Part shown: piece by piece, positions 5,851 to 14,887 of the stretch
Position numbering within the stretch: the first letter of the stretch is position 1
Layout: each line of letters begins with the position of its first letter
Assembly (NCBI GenBank): GCA_965225935.1
Contig: CBDDCC010000016.1
Location: 200,706 to 224,705, forward strand
DNA: 24,000 bases
Direction of reading: 5' to 3'
DNA from: Rhodospirillales bacterium
GTDB lineage: Bacteria; Pseudomonadota; Alphaproteobacteria; Kiloniellales; JAKSDN01
Translations under genes and position numbers: made by a program
The notes under the pieces: model-generated
Told to the model about the DNA's origin: nothing
The model's database searches: none
What the model saw: only the letters and a program-made list of their open reading frames with translations

Positions 5851-7116
5851 ATGAGAAGAGTCGTGGTCACAGGCCTCGGTCTCGTCACACCGTTGGCGAG
5901 CGGCGTGGCGCAGAGCTGGGAGCGGTTGATCGCCGGACAGTCGGGCATCGGCCCGATCCAGAGCTTCGACGTCTCGGACCTGCCCTGCAAGATCGCCGGC
6001 CAGGTGCCCCACGGCGAGAGCGCCGATGGCGGCTTCGATCCGGTTGAGTACGTCGAGGCCAAGGAGCTCAGGAAGAATGACCGCTTCATCATCTACGGCA
6101 TCGCCGCCGGACAGCAGGCGGTGGAGGATGCCGGCTGGACGCCGAGCGATGAAGCCGACCTCGAGCGCACGGGCGTCATGGTGGGCTCCGGCATCGGCGG
6201 CCTGGAAACCATCTGCGACGGCGCCGTCACGGTGATGGAGCGCGGGCCCCGACGGCTCAGCCCCTTCTTCATCCCCTCTGCCCTGATCAACCTGGTCTCG
6301 GGCCAGCTTTCCATCAAATACGGCTTCCGCGGGCCGAACCACGCCGTGGTGACGGCCTGCTCAACGGGCGCCCACGCCATCGGCGACGCGGCGCGCCTGA
6401 TCGCCCTCGACGATGCGGACGTCATGCTGGCCGGCGGCGCCGAGGCCGCGGTCTGCCGCATGGGCGTCGCGGGCTTCGCCTCGGCCCGCGCGCTTTCGAC
6501 CGGCTTCAACGATACGCCCGAGAAGGCCTCGCGGCCCTGGGACCGGGACCGCGACGGCTTCGTCATGGGCGAGGGCGCCGGTGTCGTCGTGCTGGAAGAG
6601 CTGGAGCACGCCAAGAAGCGCGGCGCCAAGATCTACGCCGAGGTGATCGGCTACGGCATGTCCGGCGACGCCCACCACATCACCGCCCCGGCCGAAGACG
6701 GCCACGGTGCCTTCCGGTCCATGCAGAACGCCCTGCGCCGGGCCGAGCGCAGCCCGGAGGACATCGACTACATCAACGCCCACGGCACCTCCACGCCGCT
6801 GGGCGACGAGATCGAGTTGTCGGCGGTCAAGCGCCTCTTCGGCGACCACGCCACGAAAGTCTCCATGTCCTCGACCAAGTCGGCCGTCGGGCACCTACTG
6901 GGCGCCGCCGGGGCGGTCGAGGCGATCTTCTGCATCCTCGCCATCAACGAGAGCGTGGTGCCGCCGACCCTCAATCTGGACAACCCGTCGCCGGCCTGCG
7001 ACGGCACGGACCTGGTGCCGCACCAAGCCCGCGAGCGACCGGTGCGCGCGGCGCTGTCGAATTCCTTCGGGTTCGGCGGGACCAATGCGTCCCTGGTGCT
7101 CGCGGCCTATAGCTAG
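5851..7116 (+). CDS. fabF: 3-oxoacyl-ACP synthase II
   Basis: MRRVVVTGLGLVTPL; active-site Cys in VVTACSTGAHAIGDA; HGTSTPLGD and GHLLGAAG; C-terminal NSFGFGGTNASLV. The start at ATG 5851 (421 aa) is preferred over the track start at 5827. Confidence 0.95.
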   Translation: MRRVVVTGLGLVTPLASGVAQSWERLIAGQSGIGPIQSFDVSDLPCKIAGQVPHGESADGGFDPVEYVEAKELRKNDRFIIYGIAAGQQAVEDAGWTPSDEADLERTGVMVGSGIGGLETICDGAVTVMERGPRRLSPFFIPSALINLVSGQLSIKYGFRGPNHAVVTACSTGAHAIGDAARLIALDDADVMLAGGAEAAVCRMGVAGFASARALSTGFNDTPEKASRPWDRDRDGFVMGEGAGVVVLEELEHAKKRGAKIYAEVIGYGMSGDAHHITAPAEDGHGAFRSMQNALRRAERSPEDIDYINAHGTSTPLGDEIELSAVKRLFGDHATKVSMSSTKSAVGHLLGAAGAVEAIFCILAINESVVPPTLNLDNPSPACDGTDLVPHQARERPVRAALSNSFGFGGTNASLVLAAYS

Positions 7117-7129
7117 GTAGGTGGCTGCC

Positions 7130-8125
7130 ATGCGGCGCTGGTTGCTCGCCGGCGCGGTCGTGGCCGTTCTCCTGCTGGCCCTGGCGGCCGGCATCGGGGC
7201 GGTCGTCCTCTCCGGGCGCTTCGAGCGGCCGGGCCCCCTGGTCGCGGATCTCGCCGTGGTGATCCCCCGGGGCGCGGGCCTCAACGGGATCGCCCGCCAG
7301 CTTGAGGGCGAGGGCGTCATCGCCGACACGCTGGCCTTCCGCCTGGGAGTCTACTGGTACGGGCAGGAGCGCGAGCTCAGGGCCGGCGAGTACCGCTTTC
7401 CCGCAGGCGCCTCCATGCACCAGGTGATGGAGATCCTGAGCGGCGGCGAGACGGTGATCCGGCGCCTCACCGTGCCCGAGGGCCTGACCAGCGCCGAGGT
7501 GGTGGAGCTGGTCGCGGCGGCCCACGGCCTTTCCGGCGAGACCGGGCCGATCCCGGACGAAGGCAGCCTGCTGCCGGAGACCTACCACTATTCCTGGGAC
7601 GACGACCGCGGCGAGCTGATGGGGCGCATGGGCGAGGCCCTCGACGAGGCCCTCGACGAGCTCTGGCCCCGGCGCGACCCGGACCTGCCCATCGACAGCC
7701 CCGAGGAGGCGGTGATCCTGGCCTCCATCGTCGAGAAGGAGACCGGCGTGCCCGAGGAGCGTCCGCTGGTCGCCTCGGTCTTCATCAATCGCTTGAAGCG
7801 CGGCATGCGCCTGCAGTCGGACCCGACGGTGGTCTATGGCCTGACCCTTGGGAGCGGGCCCCTGGGGCGGCCGCTCAGCCGCAAGGACCTGGATGCGCCC
7901 AGCCCCTACAACACCTACCTCAATCACGGCCTGCCCCCGGGCCCGATCGCCAACGTTGGCCGTGCCGCGCTGGAGGCCGTGCTCAAGCCGGCCACCTCGA
8001 CATACCTCTACTTCGTCGCCGACGGCAGCGGCGGCCACGTCTTCGCCGAGACCTTGGCCGAGCACAACCGCAACGTCGCCAACTGGCGCAAGATCCAGCG
8101 CCGGAAGAAGCAGGCCGCCGAATAG
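7130..8125 (+). CDS. mltG: Endolytic murein transglycosylase (YceG family)
   Basis: The ORF has an N-terminal TM helix (WLLAGAVVAVLLLALAAGIGAVVL). YceG motifs are present: SIVEKET, NRLKRGMRLQSDPTVVYG and YNTYLNHGLPPGPIAN. The fabF-mltG neighbourhood is conserved. The start could be GTG 7121 or ATG 7130. Confidence 0.9.
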   Translation: MRRWLLAGAVVAVLLLALAAGIGAVVLSGRFERPGPLVADLAVVIPRGAGLNGIARQLEGEGVIADTLAFRLGVYWYGQERELRAGEYRFPAGASMHQVMEILSGGETVIRRLTVPEGLTSAEVVELVAAAHGLSGETGPIPDEGSLLPETYHYSWDDDRGELMGRMGEALDEALDELWPRRDPDLPIDSPEEAVILASIVEKETGVPEERPLVASVFINRLKRGMRLQSDPTVVYGLTLGSGPLGRPLSRKDLDAPSPYNTYLNHGLPPGPIANVGRAALEAVLKPATSTYLYFVADGSGGHVFAETLAEHNRNVANWRKIQRRKKQAAE

Positions 8126-8159
8126 GCGCCGGCACGGGCCCTACAGGCCTTTCCGTTGC

Positions 8160-8188
8160 TTGTTGGGCCAAGGCGGTGAGGCTATAAG
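8160..8188 (+). promoter_or_regulatory. Candidate promoter for yicC-gmk
   Basis: TTGTTG (8160-8165), a 17-nt spacer, then TATAAG (8183-8188). Confidence 0.3.
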
Positions 8189-8274
8189 GGACGCCCCCGA
8201 GTCCCGCGGGGATAGTCCCACCGTCGCAAGCGCGAGCCACTCCCTCCTTGGCCAAGTCCCGCCCCCTTTCCAGC

Positions 8275-9156
8275 ATGACCGGCTTCGCCCGCCGCGAGGG
8301 CGGCGACGGGCGCGTCACCTGGAACTGGGAGGTCAAGAGCGTCAACGGCCGTTCGCTCGACGTGCGCTGCCGGGTGCCGCCCGGCAGCGAGCGCCTGGAG
8401 GCGGCGGCCCGCGAGGTGGTGCCCAAGTTCTGCTCGCGGGGCAACCTGGCCATCGCCCTGACCGTCCGGCGCGCCGAGGCGGCCACCAGCCTGCGGGTCA
8501 ACCGGGAGCTGCTGGAGAATGTGATCGCTCTCGCCAAGGATCTGGAAGAGCAGTTCGGCGGCGCCACCCTGGCCCCGGCGCGCCTCGACGGGCTGCTCGC
8601 CATTCGCGGCATCGTCGAGGCGATCGAGGACGAGGAGCCCGACGAGGAGGCCGCCCGGCGCGAGGCCGCCATGGTCAAGGACCTGGAGGCGGCCCTTGAG
8701 GATCTGGTGGCGGCCCGACAGGCCGAAGGCGTTCACCTGAAGGCGGCGGTCGAGGGCCATCTGGAGACCATCGGCCGGCTCACCGGCGACGCCGGGAACA
8801 GCGCGGCGGCGCAGCCCGAGGCCCTGCGGGCACGCCTGCAGGGGCAGGTCGAGGAACTGCTGCAGGCCTCGCCGGCGCTGCCCGAGGAGCGCCTGGCCCA
8901 GGAGGCAGCCCTGCTGGTGACGCGCTACGACGTGCGCGAGGAGATCGACCGTTTGCAGGCCCACCTGGAGGCGGCGCGGGAGCTCCTCGCCGGCGCGGGA
9001 GTGGTGGGCCGCCGCCTCGATTTCCTCTGCCAGGAGTTCAACCGCGAGGCCAACACCCTCTGCTCCAAGGCCTCGGACGTGGAGCTGACGCGCATCGGCC
9101 TGGACCTCAAGACCGCGGTCGACCAGCTGCGCGAGCAGGTCCAGAACATCGAGTAG
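8275..9156 (+). CDS. yicC: YicC-family stress-induced protein (putative endoribonuclease)
   Basis: It begins with MTGFARREG, typical of YicC, and ends with the DUF1732-like FLCQEFNREANTLCSKASDVELTRIGLDLKTAVDQLREQVQNIE. ATG 8275 (293 aa) is preferred over TTG 8248. It sits next to gmk, as in many bacteria. Confidence 0.88.
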   Translation: MTGFARREGGDGRVTWNWEVKSVNGRSLDVRCRVPPGSERLEAAAREVVPKFCSRGNLAIALTVRRAEAATSLRVNRELLENVIALAKDLEEQFGGATLAPARLDGLLAIRGIVEAIEDEEPDEEAARREAAMVKDLEAALEDLVAARQAEGVHLKAAVEGHLETIGRLTGDAGNSAAAQPEALRARLQGQVEELLQASPALPEERLAQEAALLVTRYDVREEIDRLQAHLEAARELLAGAGVVGRRLDFLCQEFNREANTLCSKASDVELTRIGLDLKTAVDQLREQVQNIE

Positions 9157-9217
9157 GAAGGTCTGCGATGAGCGCGCCGCACCGCGGGACCGTAGGCGTC
9201 TCGGACGCATCGCCGGC

Positions 9218-9856
9218 ATGAACGGGAACCCCATCCGGCGGCGCGGCCTGATGCTGGTGCTGTCCTCGCCCTCGGGGGCCGGCAAGACCACCATATCCCG
9301 CCTGCTGCTGCCGGCGGACGACCAGATCGAGCTCTCGGTCTCGGTCACCACCCGGCCCAAGCGGGCCAGCGAGATCGACGGCGCCGACTACTATTTCGTT
9401 GACCAGGAGGCCTTCGACTCCATGGTGGTGCGCGACGAGCTCTTGGAGCACGCCACGGTCTTCGGCCACAGCTACGGCACGCCCCGCGGTCCGGTCGAAC
9501 GGGCGCTCGAGGCCGGCCAGGACATGCTGTTCGACATCGACTGGCAGGGCACCCAGCAGCTGGCGGAGAAGGCCTCGAAGGACCTGGTTCGGATCTTCAT
9601 CCTGCCGCCCTCGACCGAGGAGCTGGAGCGCCGCCTGAGGACCCGGGCCCAGGACCCGGAGGAGGTGGTCCAGGGCCGCATGGCCAAGGCGGCCGACGAG
9701 ATGAGCCACTGGGCCGAGTACGACTACATCATCGTCAACCACGAGGTCGCCGAGAGCCTGGCGCAGGTGCAGGCGATCCTCACCGCCGAGCGCCTGAAGC
9801 GCGAGCGCCAGGTCGGCCTGCACGACTTCGTCGAGGGACTGCGCCAGCCGCGCTAA
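9218..9856 (+). CDS. gmk: Guanylate kinase
   Basis: The P-loop is [11 protein letters not shown]. Also present are [18 protein letters not shown] and the conserved Gmk core. The product is 212 aa. Confidence 0.95.
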   Translation: MNGNPIRRRGLMLVLSSPSGAGKTTISRLLLPADDQIELSVSVTTRPKRASEIDGADYYFVDQEAFDSMVVRDELLEHATVFGHSYGTPRGPVERALEAGQDMLFDIDWQGTQQLAEKASKDLVRIFILPPSTEELERRLRTRAQDPEEVVQGRMAKAADEMSHWAEYDYIIVNHEVAESLAQVQAILTAERLKRERQVGLHDFVEGLRQPR

Positions 9857-10704
9857 CTCTTTCGGGCCTCCAGGGCACGGGCGAGGGCGCAGAAATCCGC
9901 GACCGTGAGCACTTCGGCCCGGGCCGTCTCGGAGATCGCCGCCTCGGCCAGCAGGGCCCGGCTGTCGCCGCCGAGGGACTTGAGGCTCTGGCGCAGCATC
10001 TTGCGCCGCTGGCCGAAGGCCGCCGCCGTGACCCGCTCCAGCGCGGCGAGGCCGGCCGGGTAGGCGGGTCCGCCGCGCGGCTCCAGGCGCACCACGGCTG
10101 AGACCACGGCGGGCGGCGGCGTGAAGGCCCGGGCCGGCACGTCGAACAGCAGGCGCACCCGGCAGAGCCACTGGGTCACCACCGAGAGCCGGCCATAGGC
10201 GCGGCTGCCGCTTTCAGCCGCCAGGCGCTCGGCCACCTCCTTCTGGAACATGAGGGTCATGGCCTCGAGGCTGGCGGGGTCGTTATGGAGCTGCTTCAGC
10301 CAACCGAGCAGGAGCGGCGTCGCGACGTTGTAGGGCAGGTTGGCGACGATGCGCCGGGGCGGCGTGCCAAGGTCCGCGACGTCTACGTCGAGGGCGTCGC
10401 CGGCGAGGATTTCCAGGCGGTCCGGAAAGGCGGCGGCCAGTTCCTCGAGGGCGGCGATGCAGCGTGGGTCCTTCTCGATGGCGACCACCCGGTGCGCGCC
10501 CTCCGCGAGCAGCGCGCGGGTCAGACCGCCCGGACCCGGACCCACCTCGAAGGTGGTGCCGGCGCTGAGGTCGCCGGCCGCCCGGGCGATGCGGCGGGTC
10601 AGGTTGAGATCGAGCAGGAAATGCTGGCCGAGCGCCTTGCGCGCCCGCAGCCCATGGCGCGCGATGACCTCGCGGAGCGGCGGCAGATCGCGGCCGTCCG
10701 GCAC
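9853..10704 (-). CDS. rsmA: 16S rRNA (adenine1518/1519-N6)-dimethyltransferase
   Basis: LGQHFLLD; SAM-binding motif [10 protein letters not shown]; VVAIEKD; ANLPYN. The product is 283 aa. Its stop overlaps the gmk stop (plus-strand CTAA at 9853-9856). Confidence 0.94.
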   Translation of the reverse strand: MPDGRDLPPLREVIARHGLRARKALGQHFLLDLNLTRRIARAAGDLSAGTTFEVGPGPGGLTRALLAEGAHRVVAIEKDPRCIAALEELAAAFPDRLEILAGDALDVDVADLGTPPRRIVANLPYNVATPLLLGWLKQLHNDPASLEAMTLMFQKEVAERLAAESGSRAYGRLSVVTQWLCRVRLLFDVPARAFTPPPAVVSAVVRLEPRGGPAYPAGLAALERVTAAAFGQRRKMLRQSLKSLGGDSRALLAEAAISETARAEVLTVADFCALARALEARKS

Positions 10705-10782
10705 GGCCCTAACAACTGGCGAAGCTGCGGCGACAGGCCTTGCCCAGGATGACCGCGCGCCGGGCGGCTGCGTCCGTTCCGC

Positions 10783-12057
10783 TCACAGGCGCAGGTCCAC
10801 ATTGGCCTGGCGGCGCAGGTCCCGCAGATAGCGCCGCGCCAGGAGCTCGACCCGCTGGGTCAGCAGAGAGCGCTCGATCTTGGTCCGGTCGAAACCGCCG
10901 CCTTCGCGCTCGCAGACCACCATGATGGCGAGCGCACCGCCGATGTCGAGCGGCCGGCTGGGCTGCTCCAGCGGCAGGCCTTCGACCAGGTTGCGCAAGG
11001 CGGGCGACAGGTCCTTCACCTCCAGCAAGCCGAGGTCGCCGGAGCCGGGCGCGCCCGCTTCGCTGGCGATGCGCTCGGCGTCGGCGCAACTGCCGATCCG
11101 GGCGCGCAGGGCTTCCGCTTCCTGGCCGGCCGCGGCGAGCTGCGCCTCGTCGGCGCCCGGCGGCAGCTCCAGGACGATCTGCGTCAGCCGGACCTTGCTG
11201 TCGCCGCCGCTGATGGTCCGCCGCTGCCTGAGGTAGAGGATGTGGAACCCGGTCAGGCCGCGCACCGGGCCGGTCACCTGCCCGGGGGTCATGCCGCGCA
11301 CCGCCGAGGCGAGCTCTTCGGGCAGCTGGGACTCCTCGAGCCAGCCCATGCTGCCGCCCTGGGCGGCCGTCGCCGACTGGGAGAACTGGGTTGCCAGGGC
11401 CGTGAAGTCACCGCCGCCGCGCAGCTGCTGCATCAGGCCCAGGGCGGTGCGCCGAACCTCGTCCTCCTGCAGCACGCTGTCGACCTCGAAGTAGATCTCG
11501 TGGAGATCGACCTCGGTCCCGCCGCGGTTCGCCTCCAGACGCTCGATCACCTCGTCGATCTCGTCGTCGCCGATGATGACCGTCGGCACCAGGCGGACCT
11601 TGATCACGTTGTTCCACGCCAGCTCGGCCTTGATCTGCTGCTCCATGGCCATCGGCAGGACCTGGTTCTGCTCGAGCATGCCCTCGAACTGGGCGATCGA
11701 CATGCCGTTGCGGCGGGCGATGTCCGTGAGGGCGCGTTCCACCTCCTCATCCGTGACCGGGATGCTGAGGCGTTCGGCCTCCTGGAGCTGCAGGCGCTCG
11801 TCGATTAGGCGCCTGAGGACTTGGCGCTGGATTCGCGCTTGGGTCTCGCCGGTCGCCTCGATCCCCGCCGCCAGCATCGCCAGGCGCGTGCGCATGTAGA
11901 GATCGAGCATCGAGACGACTTCGTCGTTGACCACCGCCACGGCGCGCAGGGTGTCCTGGGCCCGGGCGCTGTGGCGCTCGCCGCCTGTCGAGAGCAGGGC
12001 GACCGACAGAAAGAGAGCGGCGGTCGGATAGAGGGCGCGATTGAGGAGGTGCTTCAT
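10783..12057 (-). CDS. surA: Periplasmic chaperone / peptidyl-prolyl isomerase SurA (single parvulin domain)
   Basis: True start MKHLLNRALYPTAALFLSVALLS (ATG at 12057-12055) with a signal peptide. The SurA_N-like region is AVVNDEVVSMLDL...IDERLQLQEAERL. The parvulin-like segment is GGSMGWLEESQLPEELASAVRGMTPGQVTGPVRGLTGFHILYL. It lies downstream of lptD. The track ORF 10783..12948 is an artefactual 5' extension overlapping lptD out of frame. Confidence 0.88.
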   Translation of the reverse strand: MKHLLNRALYPTAALFLSVALLSTGGERHSARAQDTLRAVAVVNDEVVSMLDLYMRTRLAMLAAGIEATGETQARIQRQVLRRLIDERLQLQEAERLSIPVTDEEVERALTDIARRNGMSIAQFEGMLEQNQVLPMAMEQQIKAELAWNNVIKVRLVPTVIIGDDEIDEVIERLEANRGGTEVDLHEIYFEVDSVLQEDEVRRTALGLMQQLRGGGDFTALATQFSQSATAAQGGSMGWLEESQLPEELASAVRGMTPGQVTGPVRGLTGFHILYLRQRRTISGGDSKVRLTQIVLELPPGADEAQLAAAGQEAEALRARIGSCADAERIASEAGAPGSGDLGLLEVKDLSPALRNLVEGLPLEQPSRPLDIGGALAIMVVCEREGGGFDRTKIERSLLTQRVELLARRYLRDLRRQANVDLRL

Positions 12058-12179
12058 GGACGATCGATCAGGGCCGGTGGTGACGTTTCTTGTTCGTGAC
12101 CGGGCGGCGCGGCGCCGGGGGCCGACTATAGGCTTTCGCCCGCCGGCGAACAACGCGCGCGCCGGCCGGGCGATCCAGG

Positions 12180-14456
12180 CTATTCGGACGAGATCTGACC
12201 CAGGTGCTTGAAGACCACTTTCACCATGATGGAATCCTCGGGTTCGATCTCGCGGTCGTCGTAGAAGGTCCGCTTGCCTTCGGCTGAGATGAAGAAGCAT
12301 TCGTCCTGATAGGTCAGTCCGATGGCGGTGGACAAGGCCTCGTTGTCCTGCAGATCGCGCCGGTGGCCGCCGAACAGCGACCAGTTCTCGTTGAGCTGGG
12401 CGCCGACAGCGAAGACCAGCTCTTCGCGGGTGTCGAATTCCTGGGTGGTCGAGTCGTCGGCGAGGAAGATGTAGCTCAGATCCAGGTTGAGCGCCGGCGG
12501 TCCGATGCTGAGGTCCAGTTCCTGGCGCTCGCTGTTGAAGTTGTCCTTGTCGTAGCGAAAGCGGTAGGAGATGTCGATGTCCTCCTGGGGCGTCAGGCGG
12601 ATCCGGCCGACGACGTCCGAGAGGTTGTCCTCCAGGCCCGAGCCTTTGCCGAAGGCGTCGTCGGTGGTGAAGCGGTAGCTCTGTCCCAGGAAGGCGTCGA
12701 CCTGTCCGATGGTTGAGCCGGTCAGCGTCCATTTCAGGCCGTAGTCGACGCGGCTGCCCGGGTCGACCTGGTCGACGCCCGGGAAGCGGTTGAGGCTGAA
12801 GAGGTTGGTGTCGCTGAACTCGAAGTCCTGGCTGTCCTCGTTGGGGATCTCGTCGTTGTTCCCCGTGTCGGTGGCCGCCACCAGCTGGACGATGGGCTCG
12901 ACGATCTGATCGCCCCAGGAGGCCGGGCGGACCAGGGGATAGCGCCACTGGAGGGCCACCTGCGGCAGGATGCGGCCGACGAAGTCGCTCTCGGTGGGGC
13001 CCGGCGGGTTCACCTCGTCGCTGTCCGGGTCGAAGTCGTTGACCCAGTAGCCGTCGGTCTCGAGACGTGCCTTGAGGCGGTAGACGTCGCCGATCGGCCC
13101 GAAGAACGGCATCTCCCAGCCGGTGACCAGGGAGAGGCGGCGGGTGTCCCGGCCTTCCCGGCGGGTCAGCACGCCCAGGTTGGCGTCGACCGAGGTGCGT
13201 CCGCCGAAAGAGTCCGGCTCGCTCAGGTAGTTGAAGGTCATGAGCGGCACGATGATCGGCAGCTCCTCGTTGTCGATGTCCTCGCGCAGGCCCTGGAACA
13301 TCATGCCGTTGACGGAGCCATAGTTTCGGCCGCTGAGGAATTCGGCGAAGAGATCGCTGGTCAGCCAGGAATCGTCCGAAAAGTTGTAGAGCCGCAGGTA
13401 GGTGTCGTCGCTCGCACGGGCCGCGTCGAAGCCCCAGCGCCAGTCCTCGTTGATCTCGAAACGTCCGTAGGAATCGACGTGGCCGCGGAACTGGTTGCTA
13501 TCGGTCTGCCCGTTCCGCTCCCGGTCGGCGATGGTGGCGCTGCCGTCGAACTCGAACCTGCCGTTGGGAAACAGCTCGCGGTACTGGCCGGCCAGGACGA
13601 CGCTCTGCTTGGTCGTGAAGATGGGCTCGAAGGTGGCGTCCCGGTCCGGCGAGATGTTCCAGTAGTAGGGGGTCTGCAGGGTCAGGCCCAGATTGTCCGA
13701 GGAGCCGAAGGTTGGTGCCAGGAAGCCCGACTGGCGCTCTACCGTGGGGTCGGGGTGTCGAAAGTAGGGAGTATAAGCCACTGGAATCCCGAAGAACTCC
13801 ATGCGGGCGTTGTAGTAGCTGATGGTCTGGGCCTCTTGGTCGTGGACAACCTCGTCGGCCTTCAGCTGCCACAGGGGCGGGCGAGTCGGGTCTTCGCGGC
13901 AGAGCTCGCAGGCGCTGAAGACCGCCTTGTTGAAGGTGGTGACCTTGCCGTCCTTGCGGGTGCCGCTGGCGGCCGCAATGCGGGACTTGTCGGTCATCAG
14001 GACGCCCACGTCCCGGATGAAGCCGTCGCGCAGGTCGTCGCTCAGCTCCACGTACTCGGCGAAGAAGACGGTGCCGTCCTCCTCGATCAGGCTCACGTTG
14101 CCCGCCGCCGAGACCACGCCGCTGCGCTGGTTGTAGCTGACGGTGTCGGCCAAGAGGGTACGGCCGTCCTGAGTGATCTCCACGTTGCCGGTCGCGGTGA
14201 CCACTCCCAGCTCCTCGTCGTAGATGACCTCGTCCGAGCTGAAGAAAACCGGCTTTTCGCGCAGCTCTTCCGGGATCTCGGGCGCGCTCTCCTGGGCCTG
14301 CGCGGCGGTCAGCAGGACCAGAAGGGCCAGGGCCGCGACCAGCGGCACCCGGATGTGGCGGCTGATTGTGGCGTCACGGCGCCTCGGCCGCCGCCGGAGG
14401 GGTGCCTCAGCGAACCCCGGGAGGATCCGCCACGGCCATGCCGCAGCCGCTGGCAT
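12180..14456 (-). CDS. lptD: LPS-assembly outer-membrane protein LptD
   Basis: The 758-aa ORF has an OstA-like N-terminal domain (FSSDEVIYDEELGVVTATGNVEITQDGRTLLADTVSYNQRSGVVSAAGNVSL) and a long beta-barrel-type C-terminal region. Synteny with surA supports the call. The exact start is uncertain, because the Arg-rich 30-aa segment precedes the hydrophobic signal core VPLVAALALLVLLTAAQA. Confidence 0.9.
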   Translation of the reverse strand: MPAAAAWPWRILPGFAEAPLRRRPRRRDATISRHIRVPLVAALALLVLLTAAQAQESAPEIPEELREKPVFFSSDEVIYDEELGVVTATGNVEITQDGRTLLADTVSYNQRSGVVSAAGNVSLIEEDGTVFFAEYVELSDDLRDGFIRDVGVLMTDKSRIAAASGTRKDGKVTTFNKAVFSACELCREDPTRPPLWQLKADEVVHDQEAQTISYYNARMEFFGIPVAYTPYFRHPDPTVERQSGFLAPTFGSSDNLGLTLQTPYYWNISPDRDATFEPIFTTKQSVVLAGQYRELFPNGRFEFDGSATIADRERNGQTDSNQFRGHVDSYGRFEINEDWRWGFDAARASDDTYLRLYNFSDDSWLTSDLFAEFLSGRNYGSVNGMMFQGLREDIDNEELPIIVPLMTFNYLSEPDSFGGRTSVDANLGVLTRREGRDTRRLSLVTGWEMPFFGPIGDVYRLKARLETDGYWVNDFDPDSDEVNPPGPTESDFVGRILPQVALQWRYPLVRPASWGDQIVEPIVQLVAATDTGNNDEIPNEDSQDFEFSDTNLFSLNRFPGVDQVDPGSRVDYGLKWTLTGSTIGQVDAFLGQSYRFTTDDAFGKGSGLEDNLSDVVGRIRLTPQEDIDISYRFRYDKDNFNSERQELDLSIGPPALNLDLSYIFLADDSTTQEFDTREELVFAVGAQLNENWSLFGGHRRDLQDNEALSTAIGLTYQDECFFISAEGKRTFYDDREIEPEDSIMVKVVFKHLGQISSE

Positions 14457-14887
14457 GAGGCGCCCTATCCCCCGGCGATCCGCGACGGCGCGGGACCGGC
14501 CCCGTTACCCCCGCCCGGCCTGTCGCACATGAGCGGGTAGGCGGGCCTTGGCGCGATTCCTCCCCTTGGGACGGCCCCGGCGCGCGGCGGCTCAGCCGGC
14601 CCTGAGGGCCCAGCGGCAGTGCGGCGCGCGACGGCGCAGGAGCGAATCGACGGCATGGCGGTCTCGCGGCTGCTTCGCGATCAGTGATAGCCGCAATTCG
14701 GGAGATTGGTCTAGCTCTTTTGTTATTGAGACTTAGAGGTGAATCTTTCTACCGATACTAAGGAATGGGAAGAGCCCGCGCGGGACGCCGTTGCAAGGGC
14801 CGGCGCTTGCTGCAACTCTTGCGGCCCGCGCCGGGCGGCCGTCCCGGGGACGCGGCCGACCGACATCAAAGCGAAATGGGGTGCCCA

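Noticed and set aside
10783-12948. A 721-aa ORF in the track suggesting a giant SurA.
   Set aside because: The first ~297 aa are Pro/Arg/Gly-rich junk that overlaps lptD out of frame. A proper signal peptide begins at MKHLLNR (ATG 12057), giving a normal 424-aa SurA.
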